NCBI GenBank assembly: GCA_038062975.1
Contig: JBBTWC010000008.1
Span: forward strand, 1-45,153
Direction: 5' to 3'
DNA from: Patescibacteria group bacterium
GTDB taxonomy: Bacteria; Patescibacteriota; Minisyncoccia; Moranbacterales; UBA1568
Length of the DNA: 45,153 nucleotides
Shown: positions 8,610 through 17,917 of the stretch, piece by piece
How the letters are laid out: the number at the start of each line of letters is the position of its first letter
Numbering within the stretch: position 1 is the stretch's first letter
Program-made: the position numbers and the translations under genes
Notes under the pieces: model-generated
Databases searched by the model: none
The model's input: the letters and a program-made list of their open reading frames with translations, nothing else
What the model was told of the DNA's origin: nothing

Positions 8610-10032
8610 TTATCACAGCATAGAGCAGAAGGAGGATCATGCCGAGAGTTAGAGCTTTTAGGAGTATATGGAATTGATGCTTATTTTTCGTAAAGAAACC
8701 GAGTCCGGTGATGATGAGGAGGATATGAGGCACAAGGGTAGGAAGAAAATAACGTCCAGGGGTACCAATAAGAATTTGACGAGTTGCGTCAAAAACACGC
8801 CAGTCAAAGAAACGGATAGCGAGCTGGAGTAAGAGAATGATAATTATAAAGAAAACGACGAAGCGTTTTTTTGGAAGGTATTCTGGAGGGGTTTTTGTAA
8901 TAAGGAAAAGAATAAGACCAAGGAGAGCAATTGCCTGTATATCCCAGATGAAAGTAAGTACGGTATTGGAAATCTTTGTGTCTAACCAGCCAAAATATCC
9001 CCAATATGAGGTATGCGTTCGCATAAAAGCACTCTTATCAAGGGTTTCCTTTCCATACGCTACCAAAGACTCTGCCGGAGAAGAAAATTTTGAGTTTGTG
9101 GTGAGATGGGTAATTGAGGCTATGTAGGATTTTGGTGTTATAAGAGAGGCAAGGATTATAAAGGCTGTTACTCCAATAAAGAGTTTCCAAAAAAACTTTT
9201 CATCCTTCTTGCGCCAGTATTGGACGACGAAGAAGACTATGAGTAAAACTGCCGTGACCGCGAGAACGATTCCTGGTCCTTTAGAATAGAGTCCGAGGAC
9301 GGTTGCAAAGAAGAGTATGCAAAGAGGAGGTATTTTTGGGCCATCTTTCAAAAGCCAAATGGTTGCGTATGTGAAGATGGTAAAAGACAGAATAAGGGCA
9401 ACATCTATATTTACAACAGAGGAAAGAAACACAAACATAGGTTGAAAAGCTACGAGTGTTGCAATAAGGATGCTCTCAAAGAGGGATAACCCGGCTTTTT
9501 TGGCTACGAGATACGTAAAAAGCACGACGAGCGCCCCAAGAAAGACTGAAAGAAGTCGTTGAGAGAGAAAGCGTGTAAAAAAGGATGTCGAAGAAAGGGT
9601 TTTTTCGATCCAACCACCAACCTCGTAGTAAAAAGATTTTGTTCCTGAAGCATTGTGAGAGGTTGTGTCTATATAACGTTTCCACTCATTTTGAGCGATA
9701 GCCTGTTCGTGTATCCCTGTGCTAGTTTGAGAAAAATATTCAGTGTTTTCTTTTTGCCAGCGGAGGTCATCGAATTGGAGCAGGTAAGCAGATTGGATTG
9801 TTTCTTCGGAGAGTTTGTATGTTCGAACATCTCCAAAGAGCTGTATCTGCGTCGGTTCTTGGAGGGGCCAATCTTTTTCTTTGGGTTCAGCCTGATACTG
9901 GATGGTGCCGTAGTGGATCTGTTCATCCGGCCCTTGATAGGCAGGGAAAAGGATAGCAAAAAGAACTCCTTGGGCTATAAAGAGTAAAAGAAGTACGATA
10001 ATATGGACTGGAAATTTTCTCAGAGAAGGCAT
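8581..10032 (-). CDS. Polytopic membrane protein, DUF2142-like / GT-C-like putative glycosyltransferase
   Basis: 483 aa with more than 10 predicted TM helices. The first loop carries an acidic motif (YQGPDEQIHYG), like the PDExxH of DUF2142 and the loop-1 acidic motif of GT-C enzymes. Confidence 0.55.
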   Translation of the reverse strand: MPSLRKFPVHIIVLLLLFIAQGVLFAILFPAYQGPDEQIHYGTIQYQAEPKEKDWPLQEPTQIQLFGDVRTYKLSEETIQSAYLLQFDDLRWQKENTEYFSQTSTGIHEQAIAQNEWKRYIDTTSHNASGTKSFYYEVGGWIEKTLSSTSFFTRFLSQRLLSVFLGALVVLFTYLVAKKAGLSLFESILIATLVAFQPMFVFLSSVVNIDVALILSFTIFTYATIWLLKDGPKIPPLCILFFATVLGLYSKGPGIVLAVTAVLLIVFFVVQYWRKKDEKFFWKLFIGVTAFIILASLITPKSYIASITHLTTNSKFSSPAESLVAYGKETLDKSAFMRTHTSYWGYFGWLDTKISNTVLTFIWDIQAIALLGLILFLITKTPPEYLPKKRFVVFFIIIILLLQLAIRFFDWRVFDATRQILIGTPGRYFLPTLVPHILLIITGLGFFTKNKHQFHILLKALTLGMILLLLYAVINVIIPRYYL

Positions 10033-10034
10033 GC

Positions 10035-10063
10035 TTGTTTTTCGTGTTTAAAGTAAGTATACT
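10035..10063 (+). promoter_or_regulatory. Candidate promoter for the 10107 operon
   Basis: TTGTTT, a 17-nt spacer, then TATACT in the divergent intergenic region, 44 nt before the ATG. Confidence 0.3.
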
Positions 10064-10106
10064 ATAAAAGATTGCTTTTCTAAAGCCTTTTTTCTTTTTT
10101 GCTCTT

Positions 10107-11852
10107 ATGTCAGAAACGAAGTATGACGCTATCTTAGTAGGTGGTTCCGGATTTATCGGGACGGCTTTTGCTCAAGCTCTTTCTCAAAGAGGAGAAAGAG
10201 TATTGAGTATCTCACGAGAAAAAAGTGGAGCGTTATTGAAAAATGTTACGGAAGAGGTTTTGGATGTGAGTGATAGAGAGGTGCTCGAAAGCAGGTTTCC
10301 AGAAGGAGACACTGTTTTTATCTTTATTGGACAAAACGGAGCAAATTTTGATGTAAAAAGCGAGTTACAAAATCTTAACAATCTGGTTTCCGTGCTTAAT
10401 ATGCGACTTCCAAAGAAAGTGTTTTATCTTTCTTCGGCTTTGGCATACGGCGAAAGAGAAATACCAGCAGAGGAAGATAGCTCGCTTCACCCGATTGATC
10501 CGTACAGTCAGTTTAAAAAAGAAGCGGAGGAACTCCTTGAGAAAGAACTTGATCCAAGGATTGCTTTGGGTATTTTACGTCTTGCAAATGTATATGGGAA
10601 TCCTATGAATCGTGGATTTGTAGGATTTGTTTTAAAGAATATAGTTTCTGGAAGTAAAGAAAAAATTACGATAAATGGAAACGGGCTTCAGGAACGGGAC
10701 TACATTTTTATTGATGATGTTATTTCTGCTCTTTTGGCTGTGAAAGAAGGTTTTGAGGGTCGAGACACGATAAATATCGCTACAGGGAAAAGTTACTCTT
10801 TGTTGGATCTTGTTGAAAAGATTTTTGAAGTTGCGAGACGTACGCTTCCGTACGAAGTGAGTGGAAAAGAAACGGTTGAAGTAAATAGGAGTGTCATTTC
10901 AAATACGAAGCTTCGAAAGAAGTATGGCTTCACCCCGGTATATTCTTTGGATTTGGGTCTTGAGCAGGCGTTGAAACGTTACAGTACCAAAGAAGAAGGA
11001 GTAAAGGATCGAAAGATGCTTTTCTTGGGAGGAGAAGGCTTTATTGGAAGGAATCTTTGCGAGTACTTTTCAAAGAAAAATAAATGTTTCTCTGTCGGTG
11101 TTCATGAATCCTGTTTTCCGAATAGGCGGGCAGATTTGATTCAAAAAAATCCGTATACAGAAAAGATCCCGGGAGAATATGACTACTGTATTCATCTTAT
11201 TGATAATAAGGTGGCACTCGATACATTTCTTGAAAAAGAGAAGAGTCTTGTTCAAAATCTTCCTCTTGAACACTGCAAACATTTCATCATTTTTTCTTCG
11301 GCTGTTATGTATGCGAATCCGGAATCGGAATATGGTTTACGAAAAAGGCTCTTGGAAGATTTTTATACGGAGTATTGTAACGAACGAAATATCCCGCTTA
11401 CTATTGTGCGCCCTTTCAATGCTTTTGGTCCATTCCAAATTCCGTATCGACAAGGAAGTCTTGTGGCGAATCTTATTTATAATTTTCAAAACGATAAGCC
11501 TACGGAGATAAATGATATGGATGCGAAGCGTGATTTTCTCTACTCTGAGGATATCGCTCGATTTGTTGAGTGTGTTCTGGCAAAGAAGAAAGAAGGGGTA
11601 TTGGATATCGGTACAGGAAAACTTACTTCCGTACGAGAGCTTATTGATCATTTAGAGCGTAGCGCTTTTCGAAAAAAACCGCTTATTATAGATAAAAAGA
11701 ACAAGGAAAATATTGAATATCGGGCAGCGCACCAGGATGTATTGGAAACCGGAAGTATGATAGACTTGGACACAGGTATTGAAAAAACCAACCAATTTTT
11801 TAAAGAGCATCAAGACATTGTTCGGGTCTGTATAGAAAAAAATCTCGGGTAA
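10107..11852 (+). CDS. Tandem double NAD(P)-dependent epimerase/dehydratase (two extended-SDR domains in one protein)
   Basis: Domain 1 has GGSGFIGTA, SSALAYG, YSQFK and RLANVYGNP. Domain 2 (from about nt 11013) has GGEGFIGRN, SSAVMY, YGLRK and RPFNAFGP. Confidence 0.8.
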   Translation: MSETKYDAILVGGSGFIGTAFAQALSQRGERVLSISREKSGALLKNVTEEVLDVSDREVLESRFPEGDTVFIFIGQNGANFDVKSELQNLNNLVSVLNMRLPKKVFYLSSALAYGEREIPAEEDSSLHPIDPYSQFKKEAEELLEKELDPRIALGILRLANVYGNPMNRGFVGFVLKNIVSGSKEKITINGNGLQERDYIFIDDVISALLAVKEGFEGRDTINIATGKSYSLLDLVEKIFEVARRTLPYEVSGKETVEVNRSVISNTKLRKKYGFTPVYSLDLGLEQALKRYSTKEEGVKDRKMLFLGGEGFIGRNLCEYFSKKNKCFSVGVHESCFPNRRADLIQKNPYTEKIPGEYDYCIHLIDNKVALDTFLEKEKSLVQNLPLEHCKHFIIFSSAVMYANPESEYGLRKRLLEDFYTEYCNERNIPLTIVRPFNAFGPFQIPYRQGSLVANLIYNFQNDKPTEINDMDAKRDFLYSEDIARFVECVLAKKKEGVLDIGTGKLTSVRELIDHLERSAFRKKPLIIDKKNKENIEYRAAHQDVLETGSMIDLDTGIEKTNQFFKEHQDIVRVCIEKNLG

Positions 11853-11863
11853 GGATAGTAAAA

Positions 11864-13270
11864 ATGTCTATGGAAGTCAAAAATATTCTCATCATTGGAG
11901 CGGGAAAAGCAGGGAGGCTTTTAGAGAAAGATATTCGTGAAAATCATCTCGAATGTCGTGTCGTAGGGTTTGTTGATGATAAGCCAACGAAAGGTGTTTC
12001 TTTGCTTGGAAAAATAAAGGATGTTTCAGTAATTCTTGAGAGTTATCGAGTTGACGAGCTTGTTATTGCGATACCTTCTGCTGATGGTGTGCTTGTGAGA
12101 AGCATCTTGCTTGAGAATAAAGGGAATCGAGTGCCTATTCGGATCGTACCACGTGAACAGCGTATTGTGGGTGCGAGTCAGGTTGCATATAAGGATGTAA
12201 AAAATCTTCATCCAGAAGATTTTCTTGGGCGACCATTTGTTCGAAAAAACGTCGATCGATTGAAGAAATTTTACAAGGGAAAGGTTGTTTTTGTTACAGG
12301 GGGAGCCGGATCTATTGGTTCCGAAATTGTTCGCCAGCTTATTGATCTTGAGGTCAAGAAGGTGGTTGTGTATGATAGCTCAGAATACCTTGTTTTTCTT
12401 TTAGAACAGCAACTGAAGGAAAGAAACCAACTCAGTCATTGTCAGTTGGTGGTAGGGAGCATCCTTCATGATAACAAGCTTGATTATCTTTTTTCTACCA
12501 TTAAACCGGACGTAGTGTTTCATGCTGCTGCTTACAAGCATGTGCACCTTATGCAAGATAATATTGATGAAGCGATCTATAACAATGTTATAGGTACGAA
12601 AAGGGTTATTGATGCTGCTGTAGCCAATAAGGTGAAGCTCTTTACTTTTATTTCAACCGATAAAGTAGTGAATCCGACGAGCGTGATGGGTGCTACAAAA
12701 AAGCTTTGTGAATATTATATTTCTTGTCTCAAGTCTCCTTCTACGAAGTTTAATATTGTCCGTTTTGGAAACGTTATCAATTCGAATGGGTCTGCGCTCC
12801 CTCTTTTTGAGAGACAGATGGATTTGTATGGCTATGTGACTGTGACGCATGAGAAAATGCAACGGTTTTTTATGTCTATCCGAGAGGCTGCTCAGCTGGT
12901 GATAGAAAGTACGGCTTTTGGAAAATCCAATACGATACATATTCTTAATATGGGCGAGCTTATCGGTATTTATGATGTAGCCCTTTGTTTGATTCGTTCA
13001 AGAAATATGGTTGTTGGAGAGGATATTGAGGTAAGGATAACCGGGCTTCGGAAGGGCGAAAAAATGATTGAAGAACTCTATACAGCCACCGAGGAAGGAG
13101 AGATGAAAACGGATAGATCTAAGAAGTACTTCACACTTAAAAATACTCAGGCGTGCCCGCGAGATGTGTTTACTCTTTTTCAAGAGCTTGAAGAGCAGGT
13201 AAAAAAGGGGCGATCGCACAGCTCTCTTCAGAAAACAATGAAGTCTATTTTTCCTTCACTGAAATCATAA
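11864..13270 (+). CDS. CapD/PglF/WbpM-type nucleotide-sugar 4,6-dehydratase (Polysacc_synt_2), soluble form
   Basis: N-terminal CoA-binding-like domain (ILIIGAGKAGR...VVGFVDD), then VTGGAGSIGSE and HAAAYKHVHLMQ. No N-terminal TM helices. Confidence 0.85.
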   Translation: MSMEVKNILIIGAGKAGRLLEKDIRENHLECRVVGFVDDKPTKGVSLLGKIKDVSVILESYRVDELVIAIPSADGVLVRSILLENKGNRVPIRIVPREQRIVGASQVAYKDVKNLHPEDFLGRPFVRKNVDRLKKFYKGKVVFVTGGAGSIGSEIVRQLIDLEVKKVVVYDSSEYLVFLLEQQLKERNQLSHCQLVVGSILHDNKLDYLFSTIKPDVVFHAAAYKHVHLMQDNIDEAIYNNVIGTKRVIDAAVANKVKLFTFISTDKVVNPTSVMGATKKLCEYYISCLKSPSTKFNIVRFGNVINSNGSALPLFERQMDLYGYVTVTHEKMQRFFMSIREAAQLVIESTAFGKSNTIHILNMGELIGIYDVALCLIRSRNMVVGEDIEVRITGLRKGEKMIEELYTATEEGEMKTDRSKKYFTLKNTQACPRDVFTLFQELEEQVKKGRSHSSLQKTMKSIFPSLKS

Positions 13271-13275
13271 GTGCT

Positions 13276-14166
13276 ATGCAGAGACTGCAAACATGTAAAT
13301 TGTGTTTTTCTTCATCCCTCATGACCTTAAAAAGGTATGAGGCAAAGACTGATACGAATAGTGACTGGAAGCATGTCTTTGAGACGGCTCTACAAGGAAA
13401 ATCGGTTATTTCTATCGATCTTGCACTTTGTCTTTCATGTGGCTTTGTCTTTTATCGTGATGTTCTGGATGAGAACGAATTGGAGCGTTTGTATGCCAAG
13501 GAAAATCGATACGAAAAGCATGAGGTGAGCGCAACGAAGCGAGGGAGAATTTGGGAATTGCAGAATATGAGCGCTTTTTTAGAGCGGTATACGAAGAATC
13601 AGGCTATTAAGGATATCCTAGACATTGGGGCAGGGGATTTTGTTGCTCTTGAGAAGATTTCTGCGCTTGTGCCACAGGCCTCAATTGAGGCGATAGATCC
13701 TTCTTATGCAAGTGATTCGCATAAGGGGATAAAAGTGTATCGAGTCATGTTGCAGGATTTTCAGCCGTACAAGCAGTATGATTTAGTGATGGCTATCCAT
13801 GTACTCGAGCACGTGGGAGATCTGAAGATCTTTTTGGAGAAATTACGGGGGCTCTCAAAGAAATTTGCTTATATTGAGATTCCTTTCCAGGTTGGTCCGG
13901 GTCTCTTTTTGAGTCGCAGTGTCAATGCGCAACATATCAATTACTTTACTCCAAAAACTATTACGCTTTTACTGGAGAAATATGGTTTTTCTGTAGAAGC
14001 TTTAGAGTTTAGTTCGGATGCTTATCGTTATAATGGTATGCCTGGTATGATTCGTATCTTTGCTCAAGTTACAAAAGAACAGAAAGGGGTTCGCGGGAAT
14101 GGTCTTCTTTCGAGTTTGTATTTTCTTCTCAGTCCGCTCATTCTTTTACGGAGCAAATTCTTTTAA
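13276..14166 (+). CDS. Class I SAM-dependent methyltransferase with N-terminal Cys4 zinc-ribbon-like motif
   Basis: CKLC...CLSCGFVFY is followed by motif I ILDIGAGDF and post-I/II elements (DLVMAIHVLEHV). Confidence 0.8.
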   Translation: MQRLQTCKLCFSSSLMTLKRYEAKTDTNSDWKHVFETALQGKSVISIDLALCLSCGFVFYRDVLDENELERLYAKENRYEKHEVSATKRGRIWELQNMSAFLERYTKNQAIKDILDIGAGDFVALEKISALVPQASIEAIDPSYASDSHKGIKVYRVMLQDFQPYKQYDLVMAIHVLEHVGDLKIFLEKLRGLSKKFAYIEIPFQVGPGLFLSRSVNAQHINYFTPKTITLLLEKYGFSVEALEFSSDAYRYNGMPGMIRIFAQVTKEQKGVRGNGLLSSLYFLLSPLILLRSKFF

Positions 14167-14175
14167 TACCTTTCT

Positions 14176-15432
14176 ATGCGAGATATATCCGAAAGGAACC
14201 TTATCGCCTGGCTTGGTCAAAAGGTTGGGTTCGATGCAGAATATTTCTTTAAGAATGGTTTTTGGGTAACGCTTCGATATATTTTTATTACTGGTCTCGG
14301 GATTTCTCTTTCGGTGGCATTCGCACGTCTTGCGTCTAAAGAGCTCTATGGGCAGTATCAATTTATTATCGCCTTTATCGCCTTTTTTTCTTTTCTTTCT
14401 CTGCCAGGCCTTAATGTTGTTACGTTGCGGGAGGCGGTTCATGGAAACATGTCTGCGCTCCGGCAAGCAGTGCAAAAGAGTTTTTTCTGGGGAATAGGTA
14501 TTTCTGTCATCAGTGTGTTGTACGGTGCATACCTCGTGCTCACAGGGGGTCCTCATCTCGGATTCGCTCTTATGGCAGGAGGAGTTATCGCGCCATTTTT
14601 TTATGCTCCAAATAATTGGTACGTCTTTTACGAAGGCAGATTAGATTTCCGATCTTCCACGGTGCGCATCATCATTACACAGATTCTCCTGTTCCTTTTT
14701 ATGTTTGCCGGGCTTTTCTTTCATCTGTCGATACTTTTTTTGGTGGTCTTTTACTTTGCTATTCAGGCATTTCTAAACATATATTTTTACACCGAAGTAT
14801 CCAAACAGATAGAAAAGGTTTCGACTCAAGTGTTGGATATGCGCTTTGCTCTCCTTGCGACTTTTCAAAAGTTTTCTTGGTCACTTTCTGAGAGTCTTCA
14901 GATTTTTATTATCGCCTTCCTCTATGGATTTGAAATGTTAGCTGTTTTTCAGGTAGCCTATCTTTTGATAGCGGCATTTTCTGGGTTTGTTGGAGCATTT
15001 TCTTCTTTATATTTCCCGTTGATTATGAAGAAGGAGCGCGTATTAGTTGGAAAAAGTCTTTTTCATAATCTCTTGCTCGGAATTCTTGGGGCTTTTGCCT
15101 ATATATTGTTTTTGAAGCTCTTTTTTCTCTTCTTTTATGGAGAAGCGTATCAGCAGAGCCTGCAATTAGCGTATAGTTTCTCTTTACTTGTTGTTTTTAT
15201 TCCTCTCCGGCTCTATATCATAAACTTTTTTACAGCACACAAAGAAAATGTAGCTGTCATTGTGGCAAATATCTTTTCCAATAGCATAGCCCTCTTTGCC
15301 TTTTTTGGTTTCAAAGATTTTGGATTCGAGATAAGCGTCTTGGCGTATATGTACACGCTTCACTTTTCGCTCCTCTTTTTTCTCGGAATAGTGTATATTG
15401 CTCCTCTCTTGAAGAAGAGAATAATGCTTTAA
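14176..15432 (+). CDS. Wzx-like oligosaccharide flippase (MOP superfamily polysaccharide biosynthesis protein)
   Basis: 418 aa with about 12 predicted TM helices. The N-terminus resembles the polysaccharide biosynthesis protein family. It sits inside a glycan cluster. Confidence 0.65.
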   Translation: MRDISERNLIAWLGQKVGFDAEYFFKNGFWVTLRYIFITGLGISLSVAFARLASKELYGQYQFIIAFIAFFSFLSLPGLNVVTLREAVHGNMSALRQAVQKSFFWGIGISVISVLYGAYLVLTGGPHLGFALMAGGVIAPFFYAPNNWYVFYEGRLDFRSSTVRIIITQILLFLFMFAGLFFHLSILFLVVFYFAIQAFLNIYFYTEVSKQIEKVSTQVLDMRFALLATFQKFSWSLSESLQIFIIAFLYGFEMLAVFQVAYLLIAAFSGFVGAFSSLYFPLIMKKERVLVGKSLFHNLLLGILGAFAYILFLKLFFLFFYGEAYQQSLQLAYSFSLLVVFIPLRLYIINFFTAHKENVAVIVANIFSNSIALFAFFGFKDFGFEISVLAYMYTLHFSLLFFLGIVYIAPLLKKRIML

Positions 15433-15470
15433 TAAAGGCATTATTAGGAATATATTTCTTTTCTGAACAG

Positions 15471-15479
15471 TGGTATACT
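15471..15479 (+). promoter_or_regulatory. Extended -10 promoter element (TGGTATACT)
   Basis: TGnTATACT lies 34 nt upstream of the 15513 ATG in an 80-nt intergenic gap. Confidence 0.35.
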
Positions 15480-15512
15480 AGAAAAGTAATCTCTTTGAGC
15501 TAGAGCTTTTTT

Positions 15513-16442
15513 ATGGAAAAACCTCAGGATTTCGAAACGATCCCTTGTCCTTTATGTACCGCAACGACCTTTGACGTTATTTACCCCGGGAGTTTTCCAG
15601 CAGAAATCTCTCAAGAATTTTTGACTGAGATCTATCGCTCCTCGAGTGATCAGACGCTCTTTGAGCAGGTGGTGCGATGCAGAGAGTGTCATTTAGTGTA
15701 CCTTAATCCTCGTCTTAATCCAGACCTGATTATTAACTCGTATGCAGAAGGAGAGGACAAAGCGTTTATTGAGCAGGATTCTATGCGAATTCGTACCTTT
15801 AAGACTGCGCTCAAAGATCTAGCGAAGCGGCATCAACTGGTTCTTTCTGGGAAAACAAAGGTGCTTGATATTGGTTGTGCTGGAGGCGCTTTTTTGCGCG
15901 CTGCTCGCGATCTTCGTTTGACTGTTACTGGTATTGAGCCCAGTAGATGGCTTGGTGAGTATGCGCGTACGAAACACGGTCTTGATGTGCGTAGTGGTAC
16001 CTTGAGTGATTATACGTTCCCAGAGGCAAGTTTCGATTTGGTAACGCTTTGGGATGTTATTGAGCATATACCAAACCCAAAAATAGAACTTCAGCACATT
16101 CACCGCCTTCTTGCGCCTCAGGGGCTTCTGGTTGTGAATTATCCGGATTTTGGGAGTCTCGTGGCAAAGTTCCTTGGGAAAAAGTGGCCTTTTCTCCTGA
16201 GTGTTCATTTAATTTACTACACCCCAGAAACTATCAGGAAACAGCTTGAAGAAAGTGGCTTCAAGATTATACGTCTTTGTATGCACTGGCAAACACTCGA
16301 ACTCGGGTACATCTTAAGGCGCATAGCTCAAACGTTTCCATTTGTTCGTTTTATTGCCACGCTAGTAGAAAAGGCTGGTCTCGGTCGCATACCAATAGTG
16401 TATTGGATGGGGCAGACGAAAGTAGTTGCAAAGAAATGTTAG
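15513..16442 (+). CDS. Class I SAM-dependent methyltransferase with N-terminal Cys4 zinc-ribbon-like motif
   Basis: CPLC...CRECHLVYLNP, then motif I VLDIGCAGGAF and DLVTLWDVIEHI. Confidence 0.85.
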   Translation: MEKPQDFETIPCPLCTATTFDVIYPGSFPAEISQEFLTEIYRSSSDQTLFEQVVRCRECHLVYLNPRLNPDLIINSYAEGEDKAFIEQDSMRIRTFKTALKDLAKRHQLVLSGKTKVLDIGCAGGAFLRAARDLRLTVTGIEPSRWLGEYARTKHGLDVRSGTLSDYTFPEASFDLVTLWDVIEHIPNPKIELQHIHRLLAPQGLLVVNYPDFGSLVAKFLGKKWPFLLSVHLIYYTPETIRKQLEESGFKIIRLCMHWQTLELGYILRRIAQTFPFVRFIATLVEKAGLGRIPIVYWMGQTKVVAKKC

Positions 16443-17098
16443 GGGAATTTTCAAAGATTCAGGGACTTGTTTTTGACATGGATGGAGTGTTGTTTTTATC
16501 AACTGATTGTCATGAGCAGGCATTTCGAGAAACGCTTCTCGAAGTCGGTATTGAAGATCTTACTTATGCGACTATCGCAGGAATGCGTACGGATGAGGCC
16601 TTTCGGAAGATTTTTTCTGATCGAGAAAAAGTTCTTTCCGAAGATGCCCTGAAAAATCTGGTTGCTAAAAAAAGAGAAAGGGCATTAGGGCTTTTAATGG
16701 AAAAAGGACAGATTGCTCCTGGAAGTTCAGAGCTTATTTCTCGGCTTCGTCAAAAATATCGACTCGCTTTGGCTTCATCGGCATCTCCACAAACCGTAGC
16801 CTTATTTTTAGAGAAGAGTGGTTATGCGGACGCTTTCGAGGTTATTCTTGATGGTTCTTTCGTTCAGCGCGCCAAACCAGATCCAGAGATATATCAGCAG
16901 GCTCTCGTCCGTCTTAGACTCACACCAGAGCAGGCTTTGGTTATTGAGGACGCGGAAAGTGGGGTTCGGGCAGCTCAGAGTGCCGGAATGTCTGTCATTG
17001 CTGTTCTTGGGAATAATGCAAAAGAGACCTTTTTACAGGTAAAGCCGACTATGGTAGTATCTAGTTTAATAGATATCGGGCCAATCTTGTTGTCTTAG
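16436..17098 (+). CDS. HAD-IA hydrolase (beta-phosphoglucomutase/phosphatase family)
   Basis: DMDGVLF motif I, SSAS motif II and KPDPEIY...EDAESGVRAA motifs III/IV. I take the start at the ATG at 16436, which overlaps the upstream stop. The track ORF from 16277 is an implausible extension through the preceding gene. Confidence 0.85.
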   Translation: MLGEFSKIQGLVFDMDGVLFLSTDCHEQAFRETLLEVGIEDLTYATIAGMRTDEAFRKIFSDREKVLSEDALKNLVAKKRERALGLLMEKGQIAPGSSELISRLRQKYRLALASSASPQTVALFLEKSGYADAFEVILDGSFVQRAKPDPEIYQQALVRLRLTPEQALVIEDAESGVRAAQSAGMSVIAVLGNNAKETFLQVKPTMVVSSLIDIGPILLS

Positions 17099-17107
17099 GC
17101 GCAGTAT

Positions 17108-17917
17108 ATGAAGATATTTACCCGAGGGGAAATCCAAGATTTATTTACAAAAGCAGCTGATCCGGCTCTTTGGACGGTGGTTATTCCTGTTGCCGGTAAG
17201 GGGACTCGTCTTGGTTACGATAAGCCAAAGATTCTGTATCCAATCGCTGGGCGGACCATTCTGGATCGTCTTGTCAGTCTTTTGGAGCCTTATTGTGGAC
17301 GGTTTATCTTCGTCTTTTCTCCAGAAAATGCGCTTCACGTTACACCACTTCTTGAGGAGGACGCGCGTATAGCCGGGCGTTTTGAGGCGCCTATTATCGT
17401 TGGTTCGCGCGGTATGGCTGATTCTATTTCTCAAGCCCTACCTCTTATTGATACCCCATATACTCTTATTATTTGGGGAGACCAAGTAGCTATCAGTAAG
17501 GAGACAATTGAGTCAGTTATGCGACTGCACCAATTTTCTCAGGGAGCAAAATTAACGCTCCCTCTTTTTCAGCGAGAAAACCCGTATGTTCATTATGAAG
17601 TAGATGAGAATGGCCTGCTTGTTCGTGTGCTTCAGAAGCGAGAAGGGGATACCATGCCTGCTCTCGGAGAAAGTGATGCGGGTCTTTTTGCCGTAGAGAC
17701 ACAGCGTTTGAAAGAGGTGTACGAACAAGTTGTACGAGACGGTTTTGTTCCTGGAAATGAGACAGGGGAGTGGAATTTTCTCCCGATGCTTCCTCTTTTT
17801 GTAACCACAAAAGAAGATATGAATGGGTACCGTTTGGATTCCTTTGAAGAAACAGTTGGTGTGAATGATAGTAATGATGCTCGTTTACTCGAAGCCTATT
17901 TTCATAAATGTACATGA
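17108..17917 (+). CDS. Sugar-phosphate (or phospho-acid) nucleotidyltransferase, GT-A-like NTP_transferase fold
   Basis: N-terminal VIPVAGKGTRLGYDKPKILYPIAG signature (GxGTRL plus K). Substrate not assignable. Confidence 0.75.
   Translation: MKIFTRGEIQDLFTKAADPALWTVVIPVAGKGTRLGYDKPKILYPIAGRTILDRLVSLLEPYCGRFIFVFSPENALHVTPLLEEDARIAGRFEAPIIVGSRGMADSISQALPLIDTPYTLIIWGDQVAISKETIESVMRLHQFSQGAKLTLPLFQRENPYVHYEVDENGLLVRVLQKREGDTMPALGESDAGLFAVETQRLKEVYEQVVRDGFVPGNETGEWNFLPMLPLFVTTKEDMNGYRLDSFEETVGVNDSNDARLLEAYFHKCT

Noticed and set aside
16277-16435. N-terminal 53-aa extension of the HAD hydrolase ORF
   Set aside because: It overlaps the end of the preceding methyltransferase in another frame and has no HAD-like sequence. 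The HAD motif I (DMDGVLF) follows closely after the internal ATG at 16436, which overlaps the upstream stop.
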